Of a stretch of 20,000 nt of DNA, positions 1-9,394 are shown piece after piece (positions within the stretch are counted from its first letter, which is position 1; every line of letters begins with the position of its first letter). The stretch spans positions 58,279-78,278 of IMG/VR virus record IMGVR_UViG_3300031851_000007; one strand, written 5' to 3'. Below the pieces are notes generated by a model. It had not been told where the DNA came from, made no database searches, and was given only the letters and a program-made list of their open reading frames with translations. A program made the position numbers and the translations under genes. Source of the DNA: an uncultured virus (IMG/VR IMGVR_UViG_3300031851_000007). Lineage: Duplodnaviria; Heunggongvirae; Uroviricota; Caudoviricetes.

Positions 1-816
1 CTGTGGACTAACTGCTGTACTTCTACCTATTTGCTTTAATACATCTTTTAAGTGTGTATATGCAGCAATAGTTGCTGTTTTTTCTTCACTATCAATTTGT
101 AGATTACCTGTACTACCGTCATAATATGCAAGACCTGCTTGAATACTTTGCCAGTTACCTGTATATACTAAGTCGTATACAACTGCATCTGAAATAAATG
201 CAACATCTTTTTTGCATGATGTTCTACTATAATCTAAGTTTGGATACTGGTCTTTAATGTAAGCAATAACTTCTTGTTGTATAAACTCTTTGTTTGTACT
301 AATCATGTCAGCTGCTTTTTGAAAATCTCCATCTGTTGAAGCACTTGCTGGAATTTCTCTTCCTAGCTGTGTTTGTAATGAAGAGTCAATATTTCTTATT
401 AGTATTTTTGAAAGCATTTCTGCAGAATCTCTTTCTGCAGGCTGACCTAATGGAAATTGTGCAAACTGAGTTACGTTATTTCCTGATGTTGGCGTTACGG
501 AGGTACCGTCTACAACATCACCAATAATTTCAGTAAGTCTGTTTAATGCATGATGGCTAAATCTAAAGTCCTTTCTAGGAGTTAGTGTAGCGTTTGTTGC
601 TTTTCTAGGTTGTACGTTAGTTGAACGTAATTCGTCACCTATAATACATGTTTCTGCTGGAACACGTATCGGAAGCACTTCAGTATAAGTACCTGTTGCT
701 ACTTTTACTAAACTGTTCCTAATTTCTCTGGGTGGTACATTAGTATCCACACCTGCTGTTACTGCATCGGTAATTATTTCACCGAGCGATTGTACTCTTT
801 CAAATACTGTAGCCAT
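1..816 (-). CDS. Partial CDS (runs off the left edge; absent from the ORF track): large virion structural protein, C-terminal continuation of the 816..2840 protein
   Basis: ATG at 816-814 overlaps the upstream TAA (TAATG). SD GGAGGA lies 8 nt upstream. The frame appears open to position 1 (272 codons): MATVFERVQSLGEIITDAVTAG...VKVATGTYTEVLPIRVPAETCIIGDELRST...NKEFIQQEVIAY...CKKDVAFISDAVVYDLVYTGNWQS. This matches motifs in the 1921-aa paralog (ISTGRFEETLPIIVPKNCVIMGDELRST). Confidence 0.9.
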   Translation of the reverse strand, partial: MATVFERVQSLGEIITDAVTAGVDTNVPPREIRNSLVKVATGTYTEVLPIRVPAETCIIGDELRSTNVQPRKATNATLTPRKDFRFSHHALNRLTEIIGDVVDGTSVTPTSGNNVTQFAQFPLGQPAERDSAEMLSKILIRNIDSSLQTQLGREIPASASTDGDFQKAADMISTNKEFIQQEVIAYIKDQYPNLDYSRTSCKKDVAFISDAVVYDLVYTGNWQSIQAGLAYYDGSTGNLQIDSEEKTATIAAYTHLKDVLKQIGRSTAVSPQ

Positions 817-2840
817 TAGTAGTATCCTCCGCCGTCATTGTCGCCACCGCCGTAGCCGCCACTACCAGTTGCATCTGGATCTTGGATAGATGCGTTAACG
901 CCCAATGCTGTTCCTGTAGAGCCTCCGGCTCCGTTATATTCTAGTGTATCTAAGCTAGTAAAGTTAGTATCAAAATACTGTGCAACTACTGCTGTTGAAT
1001 TATCACCGTTTGTTGTTTGGTAATTTACTGCTGGTGCTTCACCTAGAAGCACTTTTTGTATCAATGCAATGCCGTAGTTAATACTAGCTACAGTTTCTGC
1101 TTCTTGACCAAGTGCATAAAATTTTCCTGGATCTCTTACATAACGTAATGCTGCTTCTCTTGATTTTACATTTCCGCCATGTGTTAAATCATATATAAAG
1201 GCGTCAACAATGAAACCCATATCTCTTTCACATTTTTCTTGTGCATATGTAAATGCTGCTGTGAAAGGAGCAATGTCATTTGTTACTTGATAATCTGTCC
1301 ACTCAACAATTTCTCTTGTTATAAATTGTCTGTTTAATTCTAACATACGTGCAACTGCTGGAACTCTTGATCCATTTTCAATTGCTTCACATGCATATCT
1401 AATAGTTTTGAAAGGCTTATCAATTGTGCGTCCTGCATCTGGAGCAGGCTTATCAACACCATGTGGTGCAACATAGTAAACATCGTCTGTTGCGCCCAAG
1501 TATGACCATTCTGGAATTGCTCCGTCGCTTACACGTAATACTTGTCCTTCGCTGCCTACTGGTAATCTTGTTGGACCTGCACCGCCGTAATAAACCAAGT
1601 CGCCTTTTGTAGTTAGGAATTCTGCTTCACTACCAACTGTTAGAACGTTCCAGTATGTACCTGTTGCGTCTAGGTCTGGACGTGAATTTTCATTTCCGCC
1701 TCCGCCTGCGCCAACTTGTACTGTTGAAAAGTCATCACCTTCTGACCAGTGTGCATTTACACAAACATAACTGCTTGATCCGTAACGTACTACATCACCT
1801 AATATATAACGTGAATCATCTACCCATGCGCCCTTCCAATTAAAGCCACTGTTTAGTCTTGTCCAATATGTTGCGTCTGGTGGTTCATTGTTATTACTGT
1901 CTTTAATACACAAGTATGTGTATCCGCCGTGCTTAACAACTTCACCAACTTTATAATCTTGGTTAGTTGAGTCTTCGCCCCAAGCGTTTAAGAATCTAAA
2001 GTTTTCTGTAAATAGCTGCCAGTTATTAGGATCATCTGTTTCATCTGTTGGACGTGATCCTGTATGGTTTTCTAATGCTACATACTGATTACCACCGTAT
2101 CTAACAACATCACCTTTTTGGTAAACTTTGTAAGTATCCCAATCATCTTCAAATTGGAAACCTTGAACAAACTGTGTCCAATTTGACTCATCTGTTGAAA
2201 AGTTATTAGTACTTGAATGAGCAGTTGTTGCAAGCCAAAGACTTGCACCGTACTTAACAACATCATTTATTTTATATCTTGTTGCAGAACCTTGCCAGTT
2301 ACCTTTGTATTCAATACCTGCATTAAGAACGGACCATTTAGATTGATCTGCTTCTAAACCAAGCGATGCTGTTGCTGACGATGTATGTGGAGTAATACAT
2401 ACATATGAATAGCCACCATATTTAACTAGGTCGTTTATTTTATATTTTGTGCTTACTGACCATGTACTTTTGAAGTCTAAGCCTTCGCCAAAGACATCCC
2501 AGTTTCCAATATCAGCTTCTAATCCGTCATCAGCAGATGCTTGTGATGTATGTACTGCTGTTGCTACATACAAGCGGGCGCCGTATTTTACAATGTCATT
2601 AAAGATGTATGCTGTGCCTGTTGACCAGTCACCTTTCCACTGAAATCCATCACTGACAATATTCCATTTTGGCGGAACAACGTCAAAGTCACTATAAAAG
2701 TTTGCCTGACTTTCGTGTCCAATGACACAAATATACATTCTGCCGCCGTTAAAGACAACATCGTCTTTATAGTATGTGGTACTGGTTGTCCAATTGTTTT
2801 TCCAGACAAACCTAATTCTACCTAGTTTAAATTCTGCCAT
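816..2840 (-). CDS. Virion structural (fibre/spike-like) protein, 674 aa: 7 Trp-rich CBM5/12-like repeats, half of a beta-helix N-cap motif, a helical repeat and a Gly-rich tail
   Basis: ORF track. Repeats follow WxxxTxYxxNDxVxYGxxxYVCxxxH...W. Also contains LTTKGDLVYYGGAGPTRLPVGSEGQVL and YYVAPHGVD...PFKTIRYA. SD GGAG and a GATAAATA box lie upstream. Confidence 0.85.
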   Translation of the reverse strand: MAEFKLGRIRFVWKNNWTTSTTYYKDDVVFNGGRMYICVIGHESQANFYSDFDVVPPKWNIVSDGFQWKGDWSTGTAYIFNDIVKYGARLYVATAVHTSQASADDGLEADIGNWDVFGEGLDFKSTWSVSTKYKINDLVKYGGYSYVCITPHTSSATASLGLEADQSKWSVLNAGIEYKGNWQGSATRYKINDVVKYGASLWLATTAHSSTNNFSTDESNWTQFVQGFQFEDDWDTYKVYQKGDVVRYGGNQYVALENHTGSRPTDETDDPNNWQLFTENFRFLNAWGEDSTNQDYKVGEVVKHGGYTYLCIKDSNNNEPPDATYWTRLNSGFNWKGAWVDDSRYILGDVVRYGSSSYVCVNAHWSEGDDFSTVQVGAGGGGNENSRPDLDATGTYWNVLTVGSEAEFLTTKGDLVYYGGAGPTRLPVGSEGQVLRVSDGAIPEWSYLGATDDVYYVAPHGVDKPAPDAGRTIDKPFKTIRYACEAIENGSRVPAVARMLELNRQFITREIVEWTDYQVTNDIAPFTAAFTYAQEKCERDMGFIVDAFIYDLTHGGNVKSREAALRYVRDPGKFYALGQEAETVASINYGIALIQKVLLGEAPAVNYQTTNGDNSTAVVAQYFDTNFTSLDTLEYNGAGGSTGTALGVNASIQDPDATGSGGYGGGDNDGGGYY
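1650..2804 (-). repeat. Seven tandem ~50-aa Trp-rich repeats (protein level, CBM5/12-like)
   Basis: Units start WKNNW, WKGDW, FKSTW, YKGNW, FEDDW, FLNAW and WKGAW, each followed by Y-x-x-x-(D/E)-x-V-x-x-G-x-x-x-(Y/W). Confidence 0.8.
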
Positions 2841-2858
2841 TTTCTACTCCGCTCAAAG

Positions 2859-2866
2859 TATTTATC
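2859..2866 (-). promoter_or_regulatory. Putative T4-type late promoter box GATAAATA
   Basis: Intergenic, 18 nt upstream of the ATG at 2840. The same motif recurs in three other intergenic gaps. The T4 late consensus is TATAAATA. Confidence 0.7.
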
Positions 2867-2892
2867 CTAATATGTTGATTGCTCATTTTTCC

Positions 2893-5800
2893 TTAAAAAC
2901 TACCGTCACTAAAGTCATTGTCAATGCTAAAGTCATTTCCGCTTTCGCTTAGAATGATCATTTGCTTAACTATTGTTCCGCTAATCTCTGCTCCTTTATC
3001 AATTACCATTCTTCTCGGTAATAATATTTCAATACCAGTTGTAGTGTCAATATACTGGTCCTCTGTTCCTTTGTTACCTAGACGTGTAACACCTGCAATA
3101 AGTGTTCCTGTTTCAAGAGCACTACCACCTTGGCTAAGTCTGTTTTGCAAGAATGTTGCTATTGCTCGTTGTGTCGGAACAACGTTGTTACTATCTTCAG
3201 TAAAGTTTGGATCTGTTGAGAATTCTCTAACAACAGCACCCGAACCACCAAGTCTAACTCCGCCTAGTGCTAATTCACTCAACCCATCTAAGTCAAAGAA
3301 CTCAGCACTAATTGTAACAATACCTGTTGCCTGTTGCACACTAAACAACTCACCTGCTCTAAAGTTACCATCTTGGTCTGTACTTGTATAGAACACTCGT
3401 CCACCGTTTTCTTCTTGTACTTCGTTTTCAGGTGCAGCAACAAAGTAAGCACCGTCTGAATAAACATCTGGATAGTTTGTTATTATAAAGTTTCCTGTTC
3501 CGATATCTAAGAAGTCGTGTCCTGAAATACGACACTGTGAATAACGTTCACGTATTGTTATTACAGTAGCGTTTTGAAGACTGTCTAAGTTTTCTATAAT
3601 AGGTGTAAGTTTTATTCCTGCTTTTAATTTTCCATTATCATCAGCACCAAGTGGTGTTATCTGCTGTACTGTGAAAATCTTTAAGTCGTCTTCGTTAGCA
3701 GTGTCTAAGTCTGGAATACTTGCAAACAAGAACTGTGCACCTGGTCCTGGATATACGTCTAAATTATCTACAACTATATCTGCACCAATTGGAATAATAT
3801 CTGCAAAACCGTCACCACTTATGTTTGCTCGTGTGCTAGATGTTCTATATCCAAAACCTCTAAATACAAAGCTAGGTTGTGCAAGAACGCCGTTGCCTAT
3901 TCTGTTTTCTGTTAATACTGCAACTGAAAATGCGTTATCAACTATTGTTATTACAGCAGGATCTTCTGCTGTATACCCACTACCTGGATCCCAAACTTTA
4001 ATTTCACTAAACACACCAGTATTAATATTAGCTCTCAATTTTGCTCTACAACCAGTAAACACTCTACATGTTCCGTCACCAATGTCATTCTCAGCTGTTA
4101 GCATCCATCTGCCTCTGCCTTCAAACGAACCAAATGCACATGATCTATATTTTTGTCTTGGGCTTGGTAGTTCTCTGTTGGTCCATATAATTCCATCTTC
4201 AGATGTTGCTGCAAATGTAGTTTCACCAAAAGTCGGGTCCCGTCCAACATCTCTACTACCTGTATCACCTACTGCAAAAAATATGCCTTGTCCGTATCTA
4301 ATTTTAGTCCAGTTATGATGTGATGATCCGTCTTGTTTTGGCATAGTTGCTGATGTCCATGTTTCGCCATCAAAACTATATGCTGCTTCACTGTTTGTTC
4401 TTGATATAGCAACATAACGGTTGTTACCGTATGCAATACTTTGCCAATCAGTAACTACCGGAAGTGCATCTTCGTAAACTGTCCATGATCCTGTACCAGC
4501 TGTCGGCGATGTTGCAATTACATTATCAGCATTTGATAATACTACAAACTTATTTTTTCCGTATGTAATTGACTGCCATTGTGTTGCTGTTGAGTCACCA
4601 ACTCCTCCGGAAGTAACATCTGGAAATACTTGCTCAGTCCAAGTTATGCCATCTTCTGATATTGCATAATCTTGAGAGTTTGCTGCAATAGCAACAAATT
4701 TATTCTTTGCATATATTACATCTATCCATTCTCTGTTTTGTGGTAAGAATCCTCTAGTCCAATTTATGCCATCTAAACTATATGCCATTCTTGCTGATGC
4801 ATCTCTAATTGCAACAAATCTGTTGTTTCCTGCTGCTACTGCTGTCCAGTCTCCTGAATCAGGCAAGTCAGCTGGTGACCACGAGTCTCCGCCATTACTA
4901 GAATATGCTGCACTTAGTGAACTTTTAAGTACTGATACAAACCGTCCTTCTGTACCTATACCTGTTGTTGTAAAGTTTGAAATACTGTTTGTACTATCAT
5001 TTGATATTTCTGTGACAGTAATTACAATATTGTTAAGTGGTGTTGTACCGCCAACTGATGCGCCAACAATTGTAATAGTATCGCCTACAGCATATCCTGC
5101 TCCATCAAAACCGTTTCTTAATGTTACAACGTAACTTTGTCCTGTCTTTGTAACATTAAATCTAGCAACTTGTGCAACTACATCAGTAGTTTCTCCTGTA
5201 CCAAATTCGCCTGCAATATCTAAGAAAGTTTCAGTTGTGCCGCCAAAGGCAACATCTACCCAGTTACCGTTTCCTGGAATAAATTTTTGTTCTGCTGTAA
5301 AGGCAGGAGCATTTACAGTTAATCTTGGTTCAATTCTATATGTTGTACTGCTTATAAGTTCACTAGCAATTTCAGTACCTGCAACAACATGATCCCAACC
5401 TGGCTCATCATTACTTTCTTTATAAACAGATGCTACTTTTGTTACTGAATTGTAAGATTGTATATATCCATACTGTCCTGTACCTACGCCTGATGTAATA
5501 AGAATTCGCTGCCCTGTATACGCTGCTGCGTCATTATCATCTGCTGTTGCAAGAGTAATAGTAGTTTCGTCACCATCTTGTGCGTTGTTACCTTCAAGTG
5601 TATATCCACTGCCGCCGGCGCTACCTGAATCTGGTGGTGTAAGCAATCTTGCTTCGAATAATCCGCCATCTCTTATATCTTCAAATACAGCATTTGCTTG
5701 TGCTCCTGAACCAGTAAATGCAACATTGGCATTTGTATAGTTTTGACCTGCGTTACTATATTCTAAGTTAAGAATAAAGTCACTAACTTCGCCAGCGAAC

Positions 5801-8658
5801 ACTGCACTTACTTGTGCGTCTTGATTTCTGTTAAACACTGTTGCAGTTTTAGAAATTTCGTTTGGATCAATACCTTCTGCTACTGCTCCGTATCTACCAT
5901 ATGAGTTGTTACCGTTTGTTGCACGTATAACTCCGCCTTGTGTAGCTAAGTATCCAACTTGATTATAATATGTAAATACGGACACAAGTTCTGCTCTACC
6001 ATTATTATCAATCCATGCTCCAATACCATCACTTAATACTTGTGTAAAGTCGTTAGCTGTCATTGACTTATTACCACCGTTGTGTAATGCTCCGTCAACT
6101 TTCATGCCAATACATGCTGTACCTAATGTTGTTACACCTTGTATATAAGGTGATCTAGTCATAATCCAGCAACGCTCATCTTCTGGTCCCCAACCTGGAT
6201 CTAGTGATGCATAAGCACCAGCTGTCGGACGTTGGTAAAATTCAAATACTCCTGGAGGATTAAGTACACCTTTAAGACCTTCAATAGTACATTGTCTCAT
6301 GCCTGTTGCATCTCTAAAGTAGAACATATCTTCTAAGTTACTACCTAAAATATCATTTGTGTAATATCTTGCAGCTAGTTTTGTTTTATAGTTTCCTGGA
6401 TATAATAAATCATATCTTAGTGCTTCAATTAATAGACTTATGTCTAATGTAACTTGCTGTGCTTTATAATCGTAATATTGCTGTACTGTTTTAACTTCAC
6501 TTGTTAAATCAACTGGGTCATCACCTACACGCTTCGATACTTTGAAAGTAATATTATCTATAATGCTGTGTACATAGTAACGTACATTTGCTTCTAGGCC
6601 GCCAATTGTATCTGCAAATTTGATAGGTAACCCTACAGTCAAGTTACCTGTTGCACCAATTAGCCAATCTTCTGAACCATTAGCACTTGTAACATCTGCT
6701 CTAAAGTTATCCATAGTAGCTGTTGCTTCGCCAATTATAAAGTTTCTATTGTTTAATAAAATATCGCGAGCATAACCAACTTCAGTTGACGTTTCGGCGC
6801 CGTTGTTACCTTCAGTATCTGCAACATTACCTATACTTCCTATGTAAAAGTCTAAATAGTCGTCATATGTATCAAGCAACACTTGTAAGTTATTAGTGTT
6901 TGTAGAATCTGATGCAGGGAATGTATTATCAAAATCAAATGTATTGCCTGGAGTTTTTTCAAATTCGCCTCCTGACAGCATATTTGGCATAATTGCTCTT
7001 AATCTAGCAATAACTGTTTTTCTGTAAGAAAGATCGACTGCTAAGTCAGGATCAGGTGAGCCTGCAGCAATTGTTGTTGAACGAAGTTCGTCTCCCATAA
7101 TTACACAATTCTTTGGTACAATAATAGGCAGGGTTTCTTCAAATCTACCTGTACTAATAAATATTTTACAAAGCTCGCCATTAAAGTTTTTATCAGCATA
7201 TTCAGCTGCATACTTAACTGTTCTAAATGGTAAATGTATTGATCCTCTTAAAGTATCAGTTTCGTCGTCAATACCGTCAAGTGAAACATATAGTTGGTTT
7301 GATGCTTTAGAATAATATTCATAACCTAATGTTTCATTATCGTCTACCATTAGTACTTGTTGACGTTCACCGATAGGTACGTTAGTTACATCAAATGTTG
7401 ACCCGTCACCTTGTAATCTACGTGAAAGATTATAAGTTAGTAAGTCACCTGTATTGTTCATACCAACTGTGTTACCAGACTGTACTAATAAGTCCCAATA
7501 GTTAAATCCACTACCGTTATCGCCCGGAAAGTTGTTATCTGTTGATAAGTGTGACTGAGAAGCATAATATGTGTTACCAAAGAAGTTAACAATATCGCCT
7601 CTACCATAAGTTGTGTCTTGTGTCCAAGGACCTTTCCAATTTTGTGACGGAACTACAAGTTCCCAATCGTTATCGTCTAAATAATCAAGTGTCGAACCGT
7701 CATTAAGTGTGTTTCTTACACATCTAAATAATTCACCACCCCTACGTACTAAATCACCTGTTGAATAAGTTGCAGTTGCGTCCCAGTCGCCTCTAAAGTT
7801 GTTAGAGTGTGAAACTTTTAACCAAGTCGAACTTGAATCAATAAAGTCTGGTTTTTCACCTGTTGTAGACGTAATAGCTAGGTATACGTTACCACCGGAT
7901 CTTACTAAATCTCCTTCTTGATAACTATTATCTGCGTTCCATTCGCCTTCTGTGTTTTGTCCTGGAAATTCTACATTAAAGTATCTGTTGTCAATTGGGT
8001 TAGCACCACTGTGTCCTACTGTACATTTCCAAATAGAACTACCATACTTAACTAAATCATTTTTTCTATACCTTGTTCCAGCAGCATAATTTCCTACAAA
8101 TTCAACACCGTCTAAGAACACTTCCCATTTACCTGCTGAGTCATCACCAAATTCGTCTTCAATACCAATTAAAGCACTTTGACTTAAATGTCCTACTAAA
8201 CACTTGTAAACAATACCGTTGTACTTTACTAGTGCATTTGGACCGTAATATGTTGTTGGAGCCCAAGGTCCTACAAATTTATTTCCTATTGCTAACACGC
8301 TCCAGTTTGTTATTTCAGCTCCAAACTCAGCAGCAGTATGCGCAACTACACAATAATATAATGTACCTGAATATAATGTAACATCACCTAATCTGTACTC
8401 GTTACCAATTGTCCAGTCACCAACAAATGTTGATTTACCGTCTGTCATTACTTTCCATTTTGGCTGTGATACCGGTGGATTTGAATTAGGTAATATGTAA
8501 TCTAAATCAACGTAGAAGTTTGCGTCAGCTGTGTGTGTTACAACACATACATATGATTTTGCGCCATGTCTTACAACGTCATCTCTTTTATAACTTATGA
8601 AAGGTGTCCAATCACCTGTCCAGTTATACTTAAATCTTTCTAAATTAAACTCTGCCAT
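2893..8658 (-). CDS. Large virion structural (fibre/spike-like) protein, 1921 aa: 7 CBM5/12-like repeats, a beta-helix-like region and a beta-propeller of WxxVxYGxxxFVA repeats
   Basis: ORF track. N-terminus MAEFNLERFKYNW is paralogous to MAEFKLGRIRFVW. Propeller-type repeats include WTAVAAGNNRFVA, WIDVIYAKNKFVA, WQSITYGKNKFVV and WQSIAYGNNRYVA, with Asp-box-like SxDGxxW motifs. Confidence 0.85.
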   Translation of the reverse strand: MAEFNLERFKYNWTGDWTPFISYKRDDVVRHGAKSYVCVVTHTADANFYVDLDYILPNSNPPVSQPKWKVMTDGKSTFVGDWTIGNEYRLGDVTLYSGTLYYCVVAHTAAEFGAEITNWSVLAIGNKFVGPWAPTTYYGPNALVKYNGIVYKCLVGHLSQSALIGIEDEFGDDSAGKWEVFLDGVEFVGNYAAGTRYRKNDLVKYGSSIWKCTVGHSGANPIDNRYFNVEFPGQNTEGEWNADNSYQEGDLVRSGGNVYLAITSTTGEKPDFIDSSSTWLKVSHSNNFRGDWDATATYSTGDLVRRGGELFRCVRNTLNDGSTLDYLDDNDWELVVPSQNWKGPWTQDTTYGRGDIVNFFGNTYYASQSHLSTDNNFPGDNGSGFNYWDLLVQSGNTVGMNNTGDLLTYNLSRRLQGDGSTFDVTNVPIGERQQVLMVDDNETLGYEYYSKASNQLYVSLDGIDDETDTLRGSIHLPFRTVKYAAEYADKNFNGELCKIFISTGRFEETLPIIVPKNCVIMGDELRSTTIAAGSPDPDLAVDLSYRKTVIARLRAIMPNMLSGGEFEKTPGNTFDFDNTFPASDSTNTNNLQVLLDTYDDYLDFYIGSIGNVADTEGNNGAETSTEVGYARDILLNNRNFIIGEATATMDNFRADVTSANGSEDWLIGATGNLTVGLPIKFADTIGGLEANVRYYVHSIIDNITFKVSKRVGDDPVDLTSEVKTVQQYYDYKAQQVTLDISLLIEALRYDLLYPGNYKTKLAARYYTNDILGSNLEDMFYFRDATGMRQCTIEGLKGVLNPPGVFEFYQRPTAGAYASLDPGWGPEDERCWIMTRSPYIQGVTTLGTACIGMKVDGALHNGGNKSMTANDFTQVLSDGIGAWIDNNGRAELVSVFTYYNQVGYLATQGGVIRATNGNNSYGRYGAVAEGIDPNEISKTATVFNRNQDAQVSAVFAGEVSDFILNLEYSNAGQNYTNANVAFTGSGAQANAVFEDIRDGGLFEARLLTPPDSGSAGGSGYTLEGNNAQDGDETTITLATADDNDAAAYTGQRILITSGVGTGQYGYIQSYNSVTKVASVYKESNDEPGWDHVVAGTEIASELISSTTYRIEPRLTVNAPAFTAEQKFIPGNGNWVDVAFGGTTETFLDIAGEFGTGETTDVVAQVARFNVTKTGQSYVVTLRNGFDGAGYAVGDTITIVGASVGGTTPLNNIVITVTEISNDSTNSISNFTTTGIGTEGRFVSVLKSSLSAAYSSNGGDSWSPADLPDSGDWTAVAAGNNRFVAIRDASARMAYSLDGINWTRGFLPQNREWIDVIYAKNKFVAIAANSQDYAISEDGITWTEQVFPDVTSGGVGDSTATQWQSITYGKNKFVVLSNADNVIATSPTAGTGSWTVYEDALPVVTDWQSIAYGNNRYVAISRTNSEAAYSFDGETWTSATMPKQDGSSHHNWTKIRYGQGIFFAVGDTGSRDVGRDPTFGETTFAATSEDGIIWTNRELPSPRQKYRSCAFGSFEGRGRWMLTAENDIGDGTCRVFTGCRAKLRANINTGVFSEIKVWDPGSGYTAEDPAVITIVDNAFSVAVLTENRIGNGVLAQPSFVFRGFGYRTSSTRANISGDGFADIIPIGADIVVDNLDVYPGPGAQFLFASIPDLDTANEDDLKIFTVQQITPLGADDNGKLKAGIKLTPIIENLDSLQNATVITIRERYSQCRISGHDFLDIGTGNFIITNYPDVYSDGAYFVAAPENEVQEENGGRVFYTSTDQDGNFRAGELFSVQQATGIVTISAEFFDLDGLSELALGGVRLGGSGAVVREFSTDPNFTEDSNNVVPTQRAIATFLQNRLSQGGSALETGTLIAGVTRLGNKGTEDQYIDTTTGIEILLPRRMVIDKGAEISGTIVKQMIILSESGNDFSIDNDFSDGSF
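7495..8622 (-). repeat. Seven tandem Trp-rich repeats (protein level), same family as in 816..2840
   Basis: Units start WTGDW, FVGDW, FVGPW, FVGNY, TEGEW, FRGDW and WKGPW, most followed by Y-x-x-x-D-x-V. Confidence 0.8.
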
Positions 8659-8669
8659 TTAAAAACCCC

Positions 8670-9050
8670 TTAGTATCCTTCTGCTGAAATATTTTGCGGA
8701 TACTCATATCCTTCACTAATTCTTAATATAAGTTGACCATCTGCTGGATCAACGTAGTACAATATTGATCTACCATCCCATTTAATTTGAGGATATCTTA
8801 AATTTTCATAAAGAAAGTTATGATCTTCATCAATACCGTCTAAGAAATCAATACCTTCTTCAAAGTCTGGAAAGTTTCCATCTGCTGTTCCAAGATCGTT
8901 AACTGTAACTGTTTGTTCTTCGCCGCCTTGTAACTGATCGGATCTAACTAGAAATAGTTCTCCGTCATCGTTTCTGCGCATACCGTAGAAATAACGTTTA
9001 ATAATTCCGTTTACTACGTCTTGTGGATTGTTACCTACATAATATGACAT
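8670..9050 (-). CDS. Hypothetical phage protein, 126 aa (probably virion-associated)
   Basis: ORF track. Tightly packed in the structural operon (10-11 nt gaps), with an upstream AAGGA SD. Confidence 0.8.
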   Translation of the reverse strand: MSYYVGNNPQDVVNGIIKRYFYGMRRNDDGELFLVRSDQLQGGEEQTVTVNDLGTADGNFPDFEEGIDFLDGIDEDHNFLYENLRYPQIKWDGRSILYYVDPADGQLILRISEGYEYPQNISAEGY

Positions 9051-9060
9051 ATCTATTTCC

Positions 9061-9390
9061 TTATGTAATCTCTACGTAACTTAATACGCAATCAATTGAA
9101 TCGTTTACACTTGCTTGTACAAGTAATTTGTTTGACGGTGCAATAATTAATTTTTCACCTGTTGATACTACTCGCAAACTTGTGTTTGCTGGCAACAATG
9201 TTTCTTTTAAGTAGAAACCAGTAACACTAGTATCATCCTGTATTAATACACTACAGTAAACAAAACTAGTAGTTAAATTTGTTAAACTTAGTCCAATCAC
9301 TGTTGCCCTGTTTGCTGGCGTTGTCTGTAGAATTTCTACAGGCTTTGTGCCAATTTCTTTTATTACGTTATTTCTAAAAAATGTTGCCAT
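9061..9390 (-). CDS. Small beta-rich protein, 109 aa (paralog of 17635..18012); possible fibre adaptor or chaperone
   Basis: ORF track. LLPANTSL...EKLIIAPSNKLLV...SYVEIT aligns by eye with LQLPAGETF...EKIILESGDKVVI...SYLEV. Confidence 0.8.
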   Translation of the reverse strand: MATFFRNNVIKEIGTKPVEILQTTPANRATVIGLSLTNLTTSFVYCSVLIQDDTSVTGFYLKETLLPANTSLRVVSTGEKLIIAPSNKLLVQASVNDSIDCVLSYVEIT

Positions 9391-9394
9391 TGTG

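Noticed and set aside
800..981. Near-direct repeat ACAGTATTT(T)GA flanking the Gly-rich tail at the gene split, considered as a target-site duplication or as hop take-off and landing sites
   Set aside because: It is short, AT-rich and imperfect, and the copies are mostly in different frames. There are no intron or mobile-element features between them, and the SD plus ATG explains the junction more simply.
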